From: an uncultured virus (IMG/VR IMGVR_UViG_3300006137_000106)
Taxonomy: Duplodnaviria; Heunggongvirae; Uroviricota; Caudoviricetes
Reading direction: 5' to 3' (one strand)
Length of the DNA stretch: 64,000 bases
Virus record (IMG/VR): IMGVR_UViG_3300006137_000106
Part shown: piece after piece, positions 26,911 through 36,846 of the stretch
Position numbering within the stretch: position 1 is the stretch's first letter
Layout: every line of letters begins with the position of its first letter
Notes under the pieces: generated by a model
The model's database searches: none
Told to the model about the DNA's origin: nothing
What the model saw: only the letters and a program-made list of their open reading frames with translations
Made by a program: the position numbers and the translations under genes

Positions 26911-28746
26911 ATGTACGAGTTTAAAGAGCAGGATGCATGGGATTTCGCGCGGCATGTCGGGATTGAAGTAGGAAAACGCGGCGATGAACTGCATTTCAAA
27001 ATCTGCCCATACTGTCGCCCAAAGCCTACACAGGGGAATATAAAAACATTCTCGATCAATCTTAGGACAGGGCAGTTTAAATGTCTTCGCGCATCATGCG
27101 GCGTGACCGGAAACATGATAACTCTGGCAAAGGATTTTGATTTTTCCCTTGGAAATGAAGTTGACGAGTATTACCGCCCAAGGCGGCAATTCCGAAAGAT
27201 TAAAACGCCGGAGAAGCCGATAGAACCAAAGCCAGAAGCTATTACATACTTGAGAAATCGTGGAATTTCTGAGGAAATCATAAAACTGTATCAGATTACT
27301 GTGCAAACGGGAAAGCCAAATGTACTTGTATTTCCTTTCCTTGATGCTGCAGGACAGATGCAGTTTGTAAAGTATCGCAAAACAGATTTTGATCGGGAAA
27401 AGGATAAAAACAAAGAGTGGTGTGAAGCGAACTGCAAGCCTATTCTGTTTGGAATGGCACAGTGCAATGATAAATTTGACCGGCTTGTTATTACGGAGGG
27501 GCAGATAGACAGCCTTTCCGTAGCAACCGCCGGAATTGAAAATGCTGTGTCTGTCCCAACAGGTGCAAAGGGTTTTACATGGGTTCCCTATTGTTGGAAT
27601 TGGCTCAATAAATTTTCAGAAATCATCATATTTGGTGATTACGAGCATGGGGTGATAACATTACTTGACGAACTATCAAAACGTCTTAAAACAAAGATTA
27701 GACACGTTAAGGAGGAAGACTACAAAGGCTGTAAAGACGCAAATGAGATTTTACAGACGCATGGAGCGGATCAGGTTAGGAAATGCGTGGAAAATGCCAT
27801 AATGCTTCCAGTCGGTGGTGTGATTGATTTGTCAGACGTGGAAAATGTGGACGTGTTCAAGCTGCCCAAGTTGCAGACAGGAATTAAGCAGCTTGACCGA
27901 CTGTTATATGGAGGACTGCCATTTGGTGGTGTTGTACTGGTATCGGGAAAGCCCGGAGAAGGTAAAAGCACACTAGCCAGTCAGATTCTTGTTAATGCAA
28001 TCTATCAAGGACATAAATGTTTTGCATACAGCGGCGAATTGCCAAATTATCAGTTTCGGGCATGGATAGATTTTCAGATTGCTGGAGGAAACCATATTAC
28101 AGAATATGAAAACAGATGGGGCGATAGAAATTATATGGTGTCAGATACCAATAGGCATCTTATAGCGGACTGGTATAGGGGAAAGTGTTTTTTGTATGAT
28201 AACCAGATTGTGGAAGATGATGAAAAAGAAAGCCTTTTGACAGTTGCAGAAGATGTCATCATGCAACATGGCGTTGATGTGATTCTGCTTGACAATCTTA
28301 TGACAGCTTTAGACTTGGAATCCGGTCAGGCATATGACAAATACGACAAACAGAGCCAGTTTGTAAAAAAATTGGCACGAATGGCATTGAAACACAATAC
28401 GTTGATTCTTTTAGTAGCACATAAGAGGAAAAATAATTTTACCACAAATGAGAATGATGAAATCAGCGGAAGCGGCGACATATCTAATATCGCCACAATC
28501 ACAATTGCATATGAGAAAGACAAGGAACTGCAACTGTCACAGCGTCTTTTGAAGGTGTCAAAGAATCGATTATTTGGAAAAATCGAAACAAAAGGGTATG
28601 TGCTGAACTATGATGAAAAATCCAAACGCATATATGGTTTTGGCGATGATTTGATGGTTGATTATGGTTGGGATAAACAAAAACAAGGCAGTCTTTATGA
28701 TGGATTCTCGCAGATTGATATGGATACAGATTACCCGTTCCAGTAG
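26911..28746 (+). CDS. Fused primase-helicase (Zn finger, TOPRIM, DnaB/SF4; T7 gp4/Twinkle-like)
   Basis: CPYC..C...C, ITEGQIDSLS, GDYE, KDANE, Walker A GKPGEGKS, LLDNL, LVAH. Confidence 0.9.
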   Translation: MYEFKEQDAWDFARHVGIEVGKRGDELHFKICPYCRPKPTQGNIKTFSINLRTGQFKCLRASCGVTGNMITLAKDFDFSLGNEVDEYYRPRRQFRKIKTPEKPIEPKPEAITYLRNRGISEEIIKLYQITVQTGKPNVLVFPFLDAAGQMQFVKYRKTDFDREKDKNKEWCEANCKPILFGMAQCNDKFDRLVITEGQIDSLSVATAGIENAVSVPTGAKGFTWVPYCWNWLNKFSEIIIFGDYEHGVITLLDELSKRLKTKIRHVKEEDYKGCKDANEILQTHGADQVRKCVENAIMLPVGGVIDLSDVENVDVFKLPKLQTGIKQLDRLLYGGLPFGGVVLVSGKPGEGKSTLASQILVNAIYQGHKCFAYSGELPNYQFRAWIDFQIAGGNHITEYENRWGDRNYMVSDTNRHLIADWYRGKCFLYDNQIVEDDEKESLLTVAEDVIMQHGVDVILLDNLMTALDLESGQAYDKYDKQSQFVKKLARMALKHNTLILLVAHKRKNNFTTNENDEISGSGDISNIATITIAYEKDKELQLSQRLLKVSKNRLFGKIETKGYVLNYDEKSKRIYGFGDDLMVDYGWDKQKQGSLYDGFSQIDMDTDYPFQ

Positions 28747-28757
28747 GGAGGTGTGGT

Positions 28758-28949
28758 GTGTCAGTCAAGGATATAGTTATAGCGTTTCTGAAAGAAAAAC
28801 AGAATCAGCTTATGGAACAGTATACGGAATGGGAATACATACGGGGTGAATTCCCAGAAGATTATGAATTGTGCCAACAAAAAATGGATAGATGCGACGG
28901 GATCTGCGAACTTATCCACAGAAAAATATATGAGCTGGAAGAGGGTTAG
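28758..28949 (+). CDS. Hypothetical protein
   Basis: GGAGG RBS, co-oriented in the operon. Confidence 0.55.
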   Translation: MSVKDIVIAFLKEKQNQLMEQYTEWEYIRGEFPEDYELCQQKMDRCDGICELIHRKIYELEEG

Positions 28950-28955
28950 ATTTTC

Positions 28956-29405
28956 ATGCAGGAAAAAATAGAGGATATCAAGTACATACAGAGTACTATT
29001 TGGGGAATGTATAAGGAATTTTTGGAAAATGAAGATTTTGCGGCATATAAATTTAAAATGTATGCATTGATAAATGAATGTAATCCGTTAAATTATTTTA
29101 TTAAAAACCTTGTATATATATGGATTCCCCTAGTTAAATGGCTTTTTGACAGCATAAAAAATAAATGTGATGTAACAGAAACGAAAAATTGCATTAAGCA
29201 TATTCAAAATTTTGTATGGTCTATGTATGTATCTTTTCTATCCGAGCAGAACATGAAAAAGTGGAATGAGAGCATGGGAGTGTTGGTAAAAGAATATGCA
29301 AAAAAAGGCGACCAACAGATTTTGACTTTTGTTCAGAATTTATTGATTGCATGGTGTCTGATTATTAGCGGATTTGCAGAGGAATTTAATAATGGCAACA
29401 GTTGA
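28956..29405 (+). CDS. Hypothetical protein with an internal duplication (IK.IQ...W.MY..FL twice)
   Basis: ORF; repeat visible in the translation. Confidence 0.6.
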   Translation: MQEKIEDIKYIQSTIWGMYKEFLENEDFAAYKFKMYALINECNPLNYFIKNLVYIWIPLVKWLFDSIKNKCDVTETKNCIKHIQNFVWSMYVSFLSEQNMKKWNESMGVLVKEYAKKGDQQILTFVQNLLIAWCLIISGFAEEFNNGNS

Positions 29406-29456
29406 AGTGATAGAAGATTATTCGGAACTGACGAAAGAGATTCTGGCACAAATGGT

Positions 29457-29738
29457 ATGGGAAGTTTGAGTAAGATTGCAAAAGAAAAGGGAGAAGGAAA
29501 GACTACAATGACAAATCTTGAGTATATGCGCCAGAAAATGGTTGAAACAGTGATGGGGTTAGACGAAATGGAACTGCTGCAAGTTGCAGAAGACACAGAG
29601 ATGAGCCTAAAAGAGACAGAAGGAGTATTTAACTGTCTTATTTGTGAAAAGGAATATGGAGAATGCGACAATAGCCCTTGTACAAATGAGTATTGTAGTA
29701 GATTTTTGGATTGGTGTGCGAAAGAGCATGTTGGTTAA
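29457..29738 (+). CDS. Hypothetical Cys-rich protein
   Basis: MTNLE..R motif; CLICEKEYGEC. Confidence 0.6.
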   Translation: MGSLSKIAKEKGEGKTTMTNLEYMRQKMVETVMGLDEMELLQVAEDTEMSLKETEGVFNCLICEKEYGECDNSPCTNEYCSRFLDWCAKEHVG

Positions 29739-29763
29739 ATAAGAATTTAGCGGAGGAAATATA

Positions 29764-30036
29764 ATGGGCAGGCTTATACAATGTGATGATTTAGGAAATT
29801 GGTCGTTAAAGGGCGTTCCTTGGAAGTCGCTGTATGTGGGGCGGGTAATTACAAGAAAAGTTTACGACAGGATATATGGAGTCCTGTGTAAACTGATGGA
29901 GTATGAGGATACAGGGTATAGCCCAGAGAACATTGAGCATATCAGATATGTACTGGAAGATGCAGTAAAGGAACTGGAGAAGTGCCAGGGACAGACACAG
30001 TTGACGGAAGAAATCTGGTATTACCTAAAGATGTAA
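29764..30036 (+). CDS. Hypothetical phage protein
   Basis: GGAGG RBS; MGRL...KLMEYEDTGYSPE motif common in Firmicutes phages. Confidence 0.7.
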   Translation: MGRLIQCDDLGNWSLKGVPWKSLYVGRVITRKVYDRIYGVLCKLMEYEDTGYSPENIEHIRYVLEDAVKELEKCQGQTQLTEEIWYYLKM

Positions 30037-30145
30037 CAAGTTAAACTGAAATTTAACGGAGAAAGCAAAATAATTACAGTAGATGGATTGATGTGACATG
30101 GTATGCAATTAACCCTACAGTGTTAAAGAGTGGGAATAGTGTGTA

Positions 30146-30382
30146 ATGAAACGGATTGAAAAGAAAATTTTGTCACAGTATTTTGATGAAGTGGCTAACA
30201 GAAGCAAAAACTTTGAAATAAGGAAGGATGAAGATGATATACAGGTCGGTGATGAACTGGTGCTGAAAGAGTGGGCTGACGGAAAATATACACATATGGT
30301 TATTAGTAGAACTGTTAAATATGTTTTACGAAATACGCCGGAATACGGACTTATGGAAGGATATTGTATTATTGGATTTTAG
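30146..30382 (+). CDS. ASCH/PUA-like (DUF3850) protein
   Basis: KIL..YF..V....KNFEIRKD.....VGD.LVLKEW, GL.EGY.I. Confidence 0.85.
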   Translation: MKRIEKKILSQYFDEVANRSKNFEIRKDEDDIQVGDELVLKEWADGKYTHMVISRTVKYVLRNTPEYGLMEGYCIIGF

Positions 30383-30396
30383 GGGGAAGCGATATT

Positions 30397-30972
30397 ATGA
30401 TATCGGATAATAAGATATTTATGTATGTTCTAACACAAGAACAGATCAATCAGATAGCTGCCATAGCAGGTAAAGAGGCGGTGCAAATATTTAGAGCAGA
30501 GCAAGTCAAGGCAGAGAAGAAAAGGACTATAGAAAGAAATAAGGTCAAAAAAACTAAGGATCTGCTCAGTTCATATCGGAGAATCAAGGTTGCGCTGTCT
30601 GATGAGGCAGAGTTTACAGAAGAGGAAAAGGTTGAACTTAGATGGAAATTCATACAAGATCTTATGGGAAATGCTAGAGAAGCAGTAAGTAAGTCTGAAA
30701 TGGCAATTCAGGCTGGAGAGAAAAGAAGACAGGAGGATTTGTATTATGTCTATCGCATTGAAAAAGCAATAGACATGTACAGGGAAGAATGTGAAAAGTC
30801 TGGAAGCGAAGAGGCAGAGCGACGGTACAGAGAACTCAGCATGATGTACTTAGAGGATAAGGAGTATACAGTACAAGAAATTTCCCAGATTGAAAGGGTG
30901 AGTGATAAAACAGTATATAAAGATTTGGGAATTGCTTGTCAGATTGTTTCGGTGTATCTTTTGGGTATATAA
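30397..30972 (+). CDS. Putative late-transcription activator (RinA/ArpU-like position, C-terminal HTH)
   Basis: Last gene of the early operon; YTVQEISQIERVSDKTVYKD HTH. Confidence 0.65.
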   Translation: MISDNKIFMYVLTQEQINQIAAIAGKEAVQIFRAEQVKAEKKRTIERNKVKKTKDLLSSYRRIKVALSDEAEFTEEEKVELRWKFIQDLMGNAREAVSKSEMAIQAGEKRRQEDLYYVYRIEKAIDMYREECEKSGSEEAERRYRELSMMYLEDKEYTVQEISQIERVSDKTVYKDLGIACQIVSVYLLGI

Positions 30973-31122
30973 ATGGATTATCTATTAGCTTTAGCCATGA
31001 GAGGTTCAATGGCAATTCAGAATAGTTGTATTAACATAGTATAGAGTAAATGATAACCTTAAGATTATTGACCCTTTAATAACTTTAAAGTATAATATAT
31101 TATAGCAGGAGGAATAATAATT

Positions 31123-31449
31123 TTGTATAGAATACACTTTTACAAAGATAAAAATGGAAAAGAACCAGTAAGGGAATATATAGCAAGGTTGGCAAGCCGC
31201 AATGATAAAGACAGTCGCATAAAGCTAAATAAAATTATGGATTATATAAAAGTTCTTAGTGAGTATGGAACACAGGCAGGGGAGCCATACATAAAACACC
31301 TTGACGGTGATATATGGGAATTGCGTCCGTTGCGGGATAGAATTTTATTTGCTGCATGGGACGGCAGCAGTTTTGTTCTGCTGTATGTTTTTATGAAACA
31401 AACGCAGAAAACCCCACCGCGAGAAACAGAACGGCAAAGAAGAATTTAA
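31123..31449 (+). CDS. RelE/HigB-family (Gp49-like) toxin; last codons appear frameshifted
   Basis: [45 protein letters not shown]. Confidence 0.88.
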   Translation: MYRIHFYKDKNGKEPVREYIARLASRNDKDSRIKLNKIMDYIKVLSEYGTQAGEPYIKHLDGDIWELRPLRDRILFAAWDGSSFVLLYVFMKQTQKTPPRETERQRRI

Positions 31450-31476
31450 CAGATTATCAGGAAAGGGGCAAGGATA

Positions 31477-31836
31477 ATGAAAACAGATAAAGAGTATATG
31501 CAAGCCGTAGCGCAGGCTAGAGAAAATTATGATGATTTGAAAGAGCGTGGAGCAAACGCAGTTGGCGCAGATGCGCTTGAATTTATGGAAAGTATTCTTA
31601 CACCAGAAGAAATAGCAGAAAGCGAATTGCGTGTGGCGATTATCGGAGAACTAATAAAGGCAAGGCAGGAAAAAGGAATAAGTCAAAAGAAGCTGGAGGA
31701 ATTAAGCGGGGTAAAACAGCCCATTATTGCAAGAATGGAGAAGGGCAGTACTAATCCGCAATTAACAACCATTCTAAAGTTATTGGCTCCTTTAGGCAAA
31801 ACGTTGGCGGTTGTTCCGCTAGAAAACAGTAAATAA
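31477..31836 (+). CDS. HigA-like XRE antitoxin
   Basis: LIKARQEKGISQKKLEELSGVKQPIIARMEKG; follows the toxin. Confidence 0.88.
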   Translation: MKTDKEYMQAVAQARENYDDLKERGANAVGADALEFMESILTPEEIAESELRVAIIGELIKARQEKGISQKKLEELSGVKQPIIARMEKGSTNPQLTTILKLLAPLGKTLAVVPLENSK

Positions 31837-31918
31837 TGTATTGTTAAACAGCATTTACAAGCAGGCAGGGCTTAAATAGCCCTACTGCCTGTGGTTCTCA
31901 TAGAAAGGAGTGTTATTT

Positions 31919-32335
31919 ATGCAGAATTTAACTTATCTTGCAGTTTTTGAACCATCATCAACAGACGGCTCATACAGCATTTACTTTCTCGACTTGCCCG
32001 GATGTATCAGCTTTGGGAATAATCTGGAAGAAGCTTCACGCATGGCAGCAGAAGCCGCAAGCCTTCATGTGTACAGTATGGAATGTGACAACGAGGAAAT
32101 CCCTACTCCATCTGTGAATCTGTCCAAAGAAGATACAGCGGGAAATGTTATAATGCCCATTACAATCCACCCTGACTTATTCCGCATGAAAAAGGATAAT
32201 GAACGCATTAAAACAAATATCACTCTTCCGGCATAGTTGAAAAGAATTGCAGAGGAACAAAAGGTAAACTATTCCCGGCTTTTAGAAACTGCCCTGATTG
32301 ATTATCTGCAAATACCTATGTCCGGCAGACAATAA
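31919..32335 (+). pseudogene. hicB: Orphan HicB with internal TAG at the conserved Trp
   Basis: IKTNITLPA*LKRIAEEQKVNYSRLLETAL (TAG 32234-32236 where the other copies have LPAWL); no hicA upstream. Confidence 0.85.
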
Positions 32336-32478
32336 GCCCTTGCCTTGCTACCATGTGCAATATATCAGATACCGGGCAGCAGACACACACTTCTAAATCT
32401 GACAAGAATATTGCCCCGACACTCGCCAAAGTACAAAGGGCGGTTTCTTTATCCTCTCTATATTTTAAACATTGAGTA

Positions 32479-32524
32479 ACGAGCTTTAAATAATGTGATC
32501 GCGATCTCATTATTTAAAGCTCGT
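32479..32524. repeat. 46-bp near-perfect palindrome
   Basis: ACGAGCTTTAAATAATG-T-GATCGCGATC-T-CATTATTTAAAGCTCGT, one mismatched pair. Confidence 0.9.
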
Positions 32525-32569
32525 AGGGTAACACTACATTACCGCAATGCTTTCGTTCCCTTGATGATT

Positions 32570-32653
32570 TCAAATAAGTAGCAAAATTAAACCAACTACG
32601 ACAATAATGAACCAAACAACCGTCACCACTAATTTTAAAATATTCTTTATCAT
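32570..32653 (-). CDS. Possible 27-aa hydrophobic peptide
   Basis: MIKNILKLVVTVVWFIIVVVGLILLLI; no clear RBS. Confidence 0.35.
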   Translation of the reverse strand: MIKNILKLVVTVVWFIIVVVGLILLLI

Positions 32654-32713
32654 ATTGATTTAACAGATGGATTATGTTATCTTTTTAGTTAGGGAGGTTT
32701 CCCTCCCCGCTTT

Positions 32714-32827
32714 TTAGTTGATACTCTCTATCACCATTTTGATGACTGCTATGAGGGTTCCAACTTCTAGGGCAAGTTGTGTAAGTGCTCTTACCACTTT
32801 TATCAGCTTGCCTATTTTCTTATCCAT
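32714..32827 (-). CDS. 37-aa amphipathic/hydrophobic peptide (type I toxin-like)
   Basis: AAGGAGGA RBS; MDKKIGKLIKVVRALTQLALEVGTLIAVIKMVIESIN; followed by hairpin GGGAGG-GAAA-CCTCCC. Confidence 0.55.
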   Translation of the reverse strand: MDKKIGKLIKVVRALTQLALEVGTLIAVIKMVIESIN

Positions 32828-32978
32828 CTGCATTCCTCCTTTCCTCTCTTGATAATATTAGTATACACTATTTTTTATATTGCGTCAATACTTTTATATA
32901 TAATTTTTTATATTTTTTAAACTTATATATTGACAATATATAAAAAAACATATATAATCAAACTATGGAGGTAATGTT

Positions 32979-33203
32979 ATGCATATGAATGTTAGAGAGT
33001 ATATAAATTTGTGTCGTGTAAAACGCGGAAATATGTCAGAGGCAGAACTTGCCCGAAGAACAGGACAAACACCACAGAACATGAATAATAAGCACAAGAG
33101 AAATGCATTTAAAGTATCTGAGTTAGAGAAAATAGCAGAAGCTTTGGACGCTGAATTAAAAATATCGTTTATTGATAAGGAAACAGGAAAGCCCATTATA
33201 TAA
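32979..33203 (+). CDS. Small HTH regulator
   Basis: MSEAELARRTGQTPQNMN..K; TTGACA-17-TATAAT at 32930-32958. Confidence 0.8.
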   Translation: MHMNVREYINLCRVKRGNMSEAELARRTGQTPQNMNNKHKRNAFKVSELEKIAEALDAELKISFIDKETGKPII

Positions 33204-33231
33204 AATCTTGAATTAGACAGTTAAAGAGGGA

Positions 33232-33519
33232 ATGAAAGGAAGTAGTAAGCCGTAGAAAGAAAAACACGCATTATATTATTTCCTTATGCCTGTGATTTTT
33301 GGTATAAATTGATGGTGTTTTGCAAAAATGATGGAATTATAGGTTTTACTTTAATTTCTGTTTGGCTTTCTGGTACCTGCATTCTATGTTGGCAACTTCA
33401 AGAAAGGGTTAATTTATACGCTTATTATTGGTCTGTTTCTGGTTGGAGCATTGATTGGCATATTTAAGTTGACTTTAATGGGAACATTCCGATGCAAACA
33501 GCTTTCCTGTGATTTATTA
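33232..33519 (+). pseudogene. Degraded TM2-domain membrane protein remnant
   Basis: Fragments KGLIYTLIIGLFLVGALIGIFKLTLMGTFR and FPVIY with stops and frameshifts. Confidence 0.4.
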
Positions 33520-33605
33520 AAAATTAAATATTAAGAGAAGGGTGGTGAGGAAATTCATCACTCTTTTAATTAAAAATAAGGGATATATCATGGCATAAGA
33601 CAGAT

Positions 33606-34466
33606 TTACTCTTTTCTGTTAGTGTTGTTTGCAGATAAAGCAGTTTTACAAAAAAGCTTATTTGTATTGCCGAATTTTTCTTTCTCAATTTGTAGGCTAT
33701 AACGCAAAAAATGTTTAAGCTGTTCTTTTTGGTTGTCTTTGAACGATAAGGCTTTATAAATATTTCGTTGTAAACAGCCGGGATTTTCTGATATATAGGC
33801 TATTGCTGCTGTGGCAACTGTACGATAGGATTCCAAATCAGCTAATTCAACAGAGCCGTTTTTTGGATAATAGGCATTAGCGGAGATACATCGTTCAATA
33901 GTGGATTTGGCTTTATCCCATTTGCCGATACGCATATAAAGTTCAGGAAGTAAATCACGACATGCTAATTCCTGAACTTCAAATTTGGCAGAGATATAAG
34001 GAAACATAAATTCTGGGAGTTTTTCCATACTGCTTTCGCACATCTGTATTTGTTTCTGAATATCCTTTTCTTCGTATACGGTATTCTGAACTTCGTAAAA
34101 AAGCGGTGTGCAGTCTGCTGGAAAAATGAAATCATTTGGATTCCGAATTTTTGCCCTAGATGGCAAATCGCTTTTATCATAGTATTCGTATTCACAGGAG
34201 CAAAGAGGGCATAAAGGCAACTTTGGGGCATCAGTGCTTAAAAAGTATTTTCCTTCAAATTGTTTACACATGGGACACACATTTTCATCACCTGATGTGG
34301 ATAAGCGAACGTATTCAGTTTTTAAATCGTATTCGTATGATTCATCTTGTGTTTGGACTTTAATTTTTGGTGTTTCATGAGCAGCATATTGACCCTCGAT
34401 AAAAACATTGCATGTGGGTTTTGTAGAGGACTTAATTTTTTTTCGGAAAAAATCAAAAATATTCAT
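33606..34466 (-). CDS. Hypothetical moron protein with a MuF-like Cys motif and helical C-terminus
   Basis: STSGDENVCPMC..EG...LPLCPLCSC; AAGGAG RBS. Confidence 0.7.
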   Translation of the reverse strand: MNIFDFFRKKIKSSTKPTCNVFIEGQYAAHETPKIKVQTQDESYEYDLKTEYVRLSTSGDENVCPMCKQFEGKYFLSTDAPKLPLCPLCSCEYEYYDKSDLPSRAKIRNPNDFIFPADCTPLFYEVQNTVYEEKDIQKQIQMCESSMEKLPEFMFPYISAKFEVQELACRDLLPELYMRIGKWDKAKSTIERCISANAYYPKNGSVELADLESYRTVATAAIAYISENPGCLQRNIYKALSFKDNQKEQLKHFLRYSLQIEKEKFGNTNKLFCKTALSANNTNRKE

Positions 34467-34719
34467 AGCCTATTCTCCTTTATTACATTATAATTACAGA
34501 ATAACATAAAGATTATAAAAATAAAAGTAAAATAGTATAGAACTGCAATTAGTATTAAAAAAATTATTACAAAAATATAAATTTATGTAAACTATTCTAA
34601 GAATTTAGATATATTAATTCTACATTTTAGTTAACATAAAAACATGGATTTCAAATAAATCAACCAAAAGACTAATTGAAGGTATAGAAATACTTTTTTG
34701 CGATAGGAAGATTATTTTT

Positions 34720-35070
34720 ATGTATGATACAGAGGAAATTTCAAAACAGCTCCTTGTTGAGTAGGGTGCTCAGATAGTTATTGCTATAGCGCAATTAGTA
34801 ACGGAGAATAAATTTCTCTGTTTTTTTATTTTGGGTATTAACTTATGCGCGCCCATAATATGTAATGAATTATGCGAGGACATAAAAGCGAGGTGAGGAT
34901 ATGAGTCCACGAATTGTTGAATGGAGGATTTTTTTAATGAAAGATTTAATCGTGAAAAATGTTGACGTGATGGGTGATTCCATCAAAGCCGCAAAAGATG
35001 CAGCCGGAAATATCTGAGTTGGTGTGCGTTGGGTATGCAATGCGCTGGAGCTGACAGAAGGGCAGACATT
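34720..35070 (+). pseudogene. Antirepressor-gene remnants (ORF6N-like start and P22 Ant-N-like fragment)
   Basis: MYDTEEISKQLLVE*GAQIVIAIAQL mirrors the start of 36847; MKDLIVKNVDVMGDSIKAAKDAAGNI*VGVRWVCNALEL. Confidence 0.6.
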
Positions 35071-35324
35071 AGCGTATGTAATTAATAAGAAAATGCCGGA
35101 TTGTTCGGAGTTTGGACGCATCGGCGTGAAGCCATCTATCGGAGGTGTTATTAGAATTTGGTAGAAGATATTTAGATATAATAGCATATAGGGCAAAGAG
35201 AGTATTGCTATTGTGGTACTAATACATTAAGGAAATTTGTTACAGCAGATTTCTTTTTTTGCACTATATTATTCCATTTTTTTACACCATATGTTATAAT
35301 GTTCCAAAAACGGAGGATATGAGT

Positions 35325-36410
35325 ATGAGAAAAATAAAAATTATAGTAATTATGTACTGTATCATTTTGGGAACATGTGTAGGGTGTGGTGTATCACAAA
35401 AGGATTATGATAAGCTCCAAACAGAAAAAAATGAACTGGATGAAGAATTAACAACAAATGAGCAATCTACAATGGAAGATGATGTGGAAATACAAACTAT
35501 GACAGAAGATGAGACAGAAATACAAACTATAACGGAAGAGGAAGACACTAATAATACAGAGATAGATCTGCCAGATGGATTTGTTCGAATAACATCTAAA
35601 GACGCTTTAAAGTTGCCTGATGTAGACGGGTTGACAACAGTGTTATCGGATACTATGGAGGATATTGGTGTTACTGGCTTGGCGACAATAGATTATGGAA
35701 ATTTAGAGGAGAACAGTGGTATTATAACAATACAAGCATATTTTGTAACAGATACGGCAAAGAGACTAATTGTACCATCAATGTATATTACATTTACATC
35801 AACAAAGAAATGGTCTGTTGTTTCTATTCAGGATGTAGATACAGGAAATTATTATTATGTACCAGATGATTTAAAAAGCACTATAGATTTGTATGATTAT
35901 AATACAGGTGAGATTATTTCTGAAAAAACCGAAACGCATAGTGATGTAATGGATGAATACCACCAAGAACTAGAACGAATAGATCAGGAATTTAAGGAGG
36001 ATATGAAAAAGCTGGAAGAAAAATATATTACGGACAATACAAATGTCAGTGAATTAACCTATATGGATGAAAATGTTGTGGATACAACAATTGCAGACAT
36101 GAAACAGTATGAATATATTAAAGATGTGTTTATAGAAGTGGATGAAAAAAAGAAGGAAATTAATATTGTTGTGCAAATACCATCTTCTACAGATATGGAG
36201 ACGGCAAAAATGGCTGGGGAGGATGTTGCTAGATACCTTGCAACAATGGCTAATTTTGCAAATAGCTATTATGAAATGCCAAGTAGCGACAACATTGGTG
36301 GTATTTATAGTAAGTACAACTTAATAATATATATTGATGATGGAAACGGAAACTATAATATATATGGAGCTAAAGTTACAACTTCAAACAAAATTACGTG
36401 GAGATATTAA
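35325..36410 (+). CDS. Acidic lipoprotein moron
   Basis: MRKIK-hydrophobic-CVGC lipobox; own TG-TATAAT promoter and terminator (36421-36447). Confidence 0.75.
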   Translation: MRKIKIIVIMYCIILGTCVGCGVSQKDYDKLQTEKNELDEELTTNEQSTMEDDVEIQTMTEDETEIQTITEEEDTNNTEIDLPDGFVRITSKDALKLPDVDGLTTVLSDTMEDIGVTGLATIDYGNLEENSGIITIQAYFVTDTAKRLIVPSMYITFTSTKKWSVVSIQDVDTGNYYYVPDDLKSTIDLYDYNTGEIISEKTETHSDVMDEYHQELERIDQEFKEDMKKLEEKYITDNTNVSELTYMDENVVDTTIADMKQYEYIKDVFIEVDEKKKEINIVVQIPSSTDMETAKMAGEDVARYLATMANFANSYYEMPSSDNIGGIYSKYNLIIYIDDGNGNYNIYGAKVTTSNKITWRY

Positions 36411-36547
36411 TATTTGGGTAAAGAGAAGGTGAAAGCCTTCTCTTTTTAGGACAGTAGAAAAAATTTGCTGTTTTTAATTTTGGGTATTGACTTTTGTATA
36501 TCGGTATATTATACTTTTGCATATACAAAAGAAAGGAGGATAATAGA

Positions 36548-36727
36548 GTGTCACCCAGAACGGGCAGACCTACAACAGACCCAAAGACAAAGCAAATGCC
36601 TATAAGATTTTCCAAAGAAGATATTCGCAAATTAGAGTATTGTTCGGAAAAAACAGGAAAATCACAGGCAGAAATTGTTAGAATGGGTGTGGACAAGGTT
36701 TATAAGGAACTAAAAGAAAAGGAGTAA
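36548..36727 (+). CDS. Arc/CopG-like ribbon-helix-helix protein
   Basis: MSPRTGRP..DPK...IR......L......GKSQAEIVRMG; AAGGAGG RBS. Confidence 0.8.
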   Translation: MSPRTGRPTTDPKTKQMPIRFSKEDIRKLEYCSEKTGKSQAEIVRMGVDKVYKELKEKE

Positions 36728-36785
36728 TCACACATACTTGGCGGTAGCTGATTACTCCAAACACCAATCCCATAGGAGATTGATA
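36712..36785 (-). ncRNA. Candidate Sar-like antisense RNA against the antirepressor leader
   Basis: Minus-strand TTGATT-17-TATAAT (36819-36791); 10-bp stem 36721-36730/36749-36758 with U-tail. Confidence 0.55.
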
Positions 36786-36846
36786 AATTCATTATATCAA
36801 CCTCTTATGGGAAAATCAACATATTTTTCTCGTAGGAGGTATTTTT

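Noticed and set aside
32479..32524. Protelomerase (telRL) site
   Set aside because: No telomere resolvase in the window, and the phage is integrated by a serine integrase
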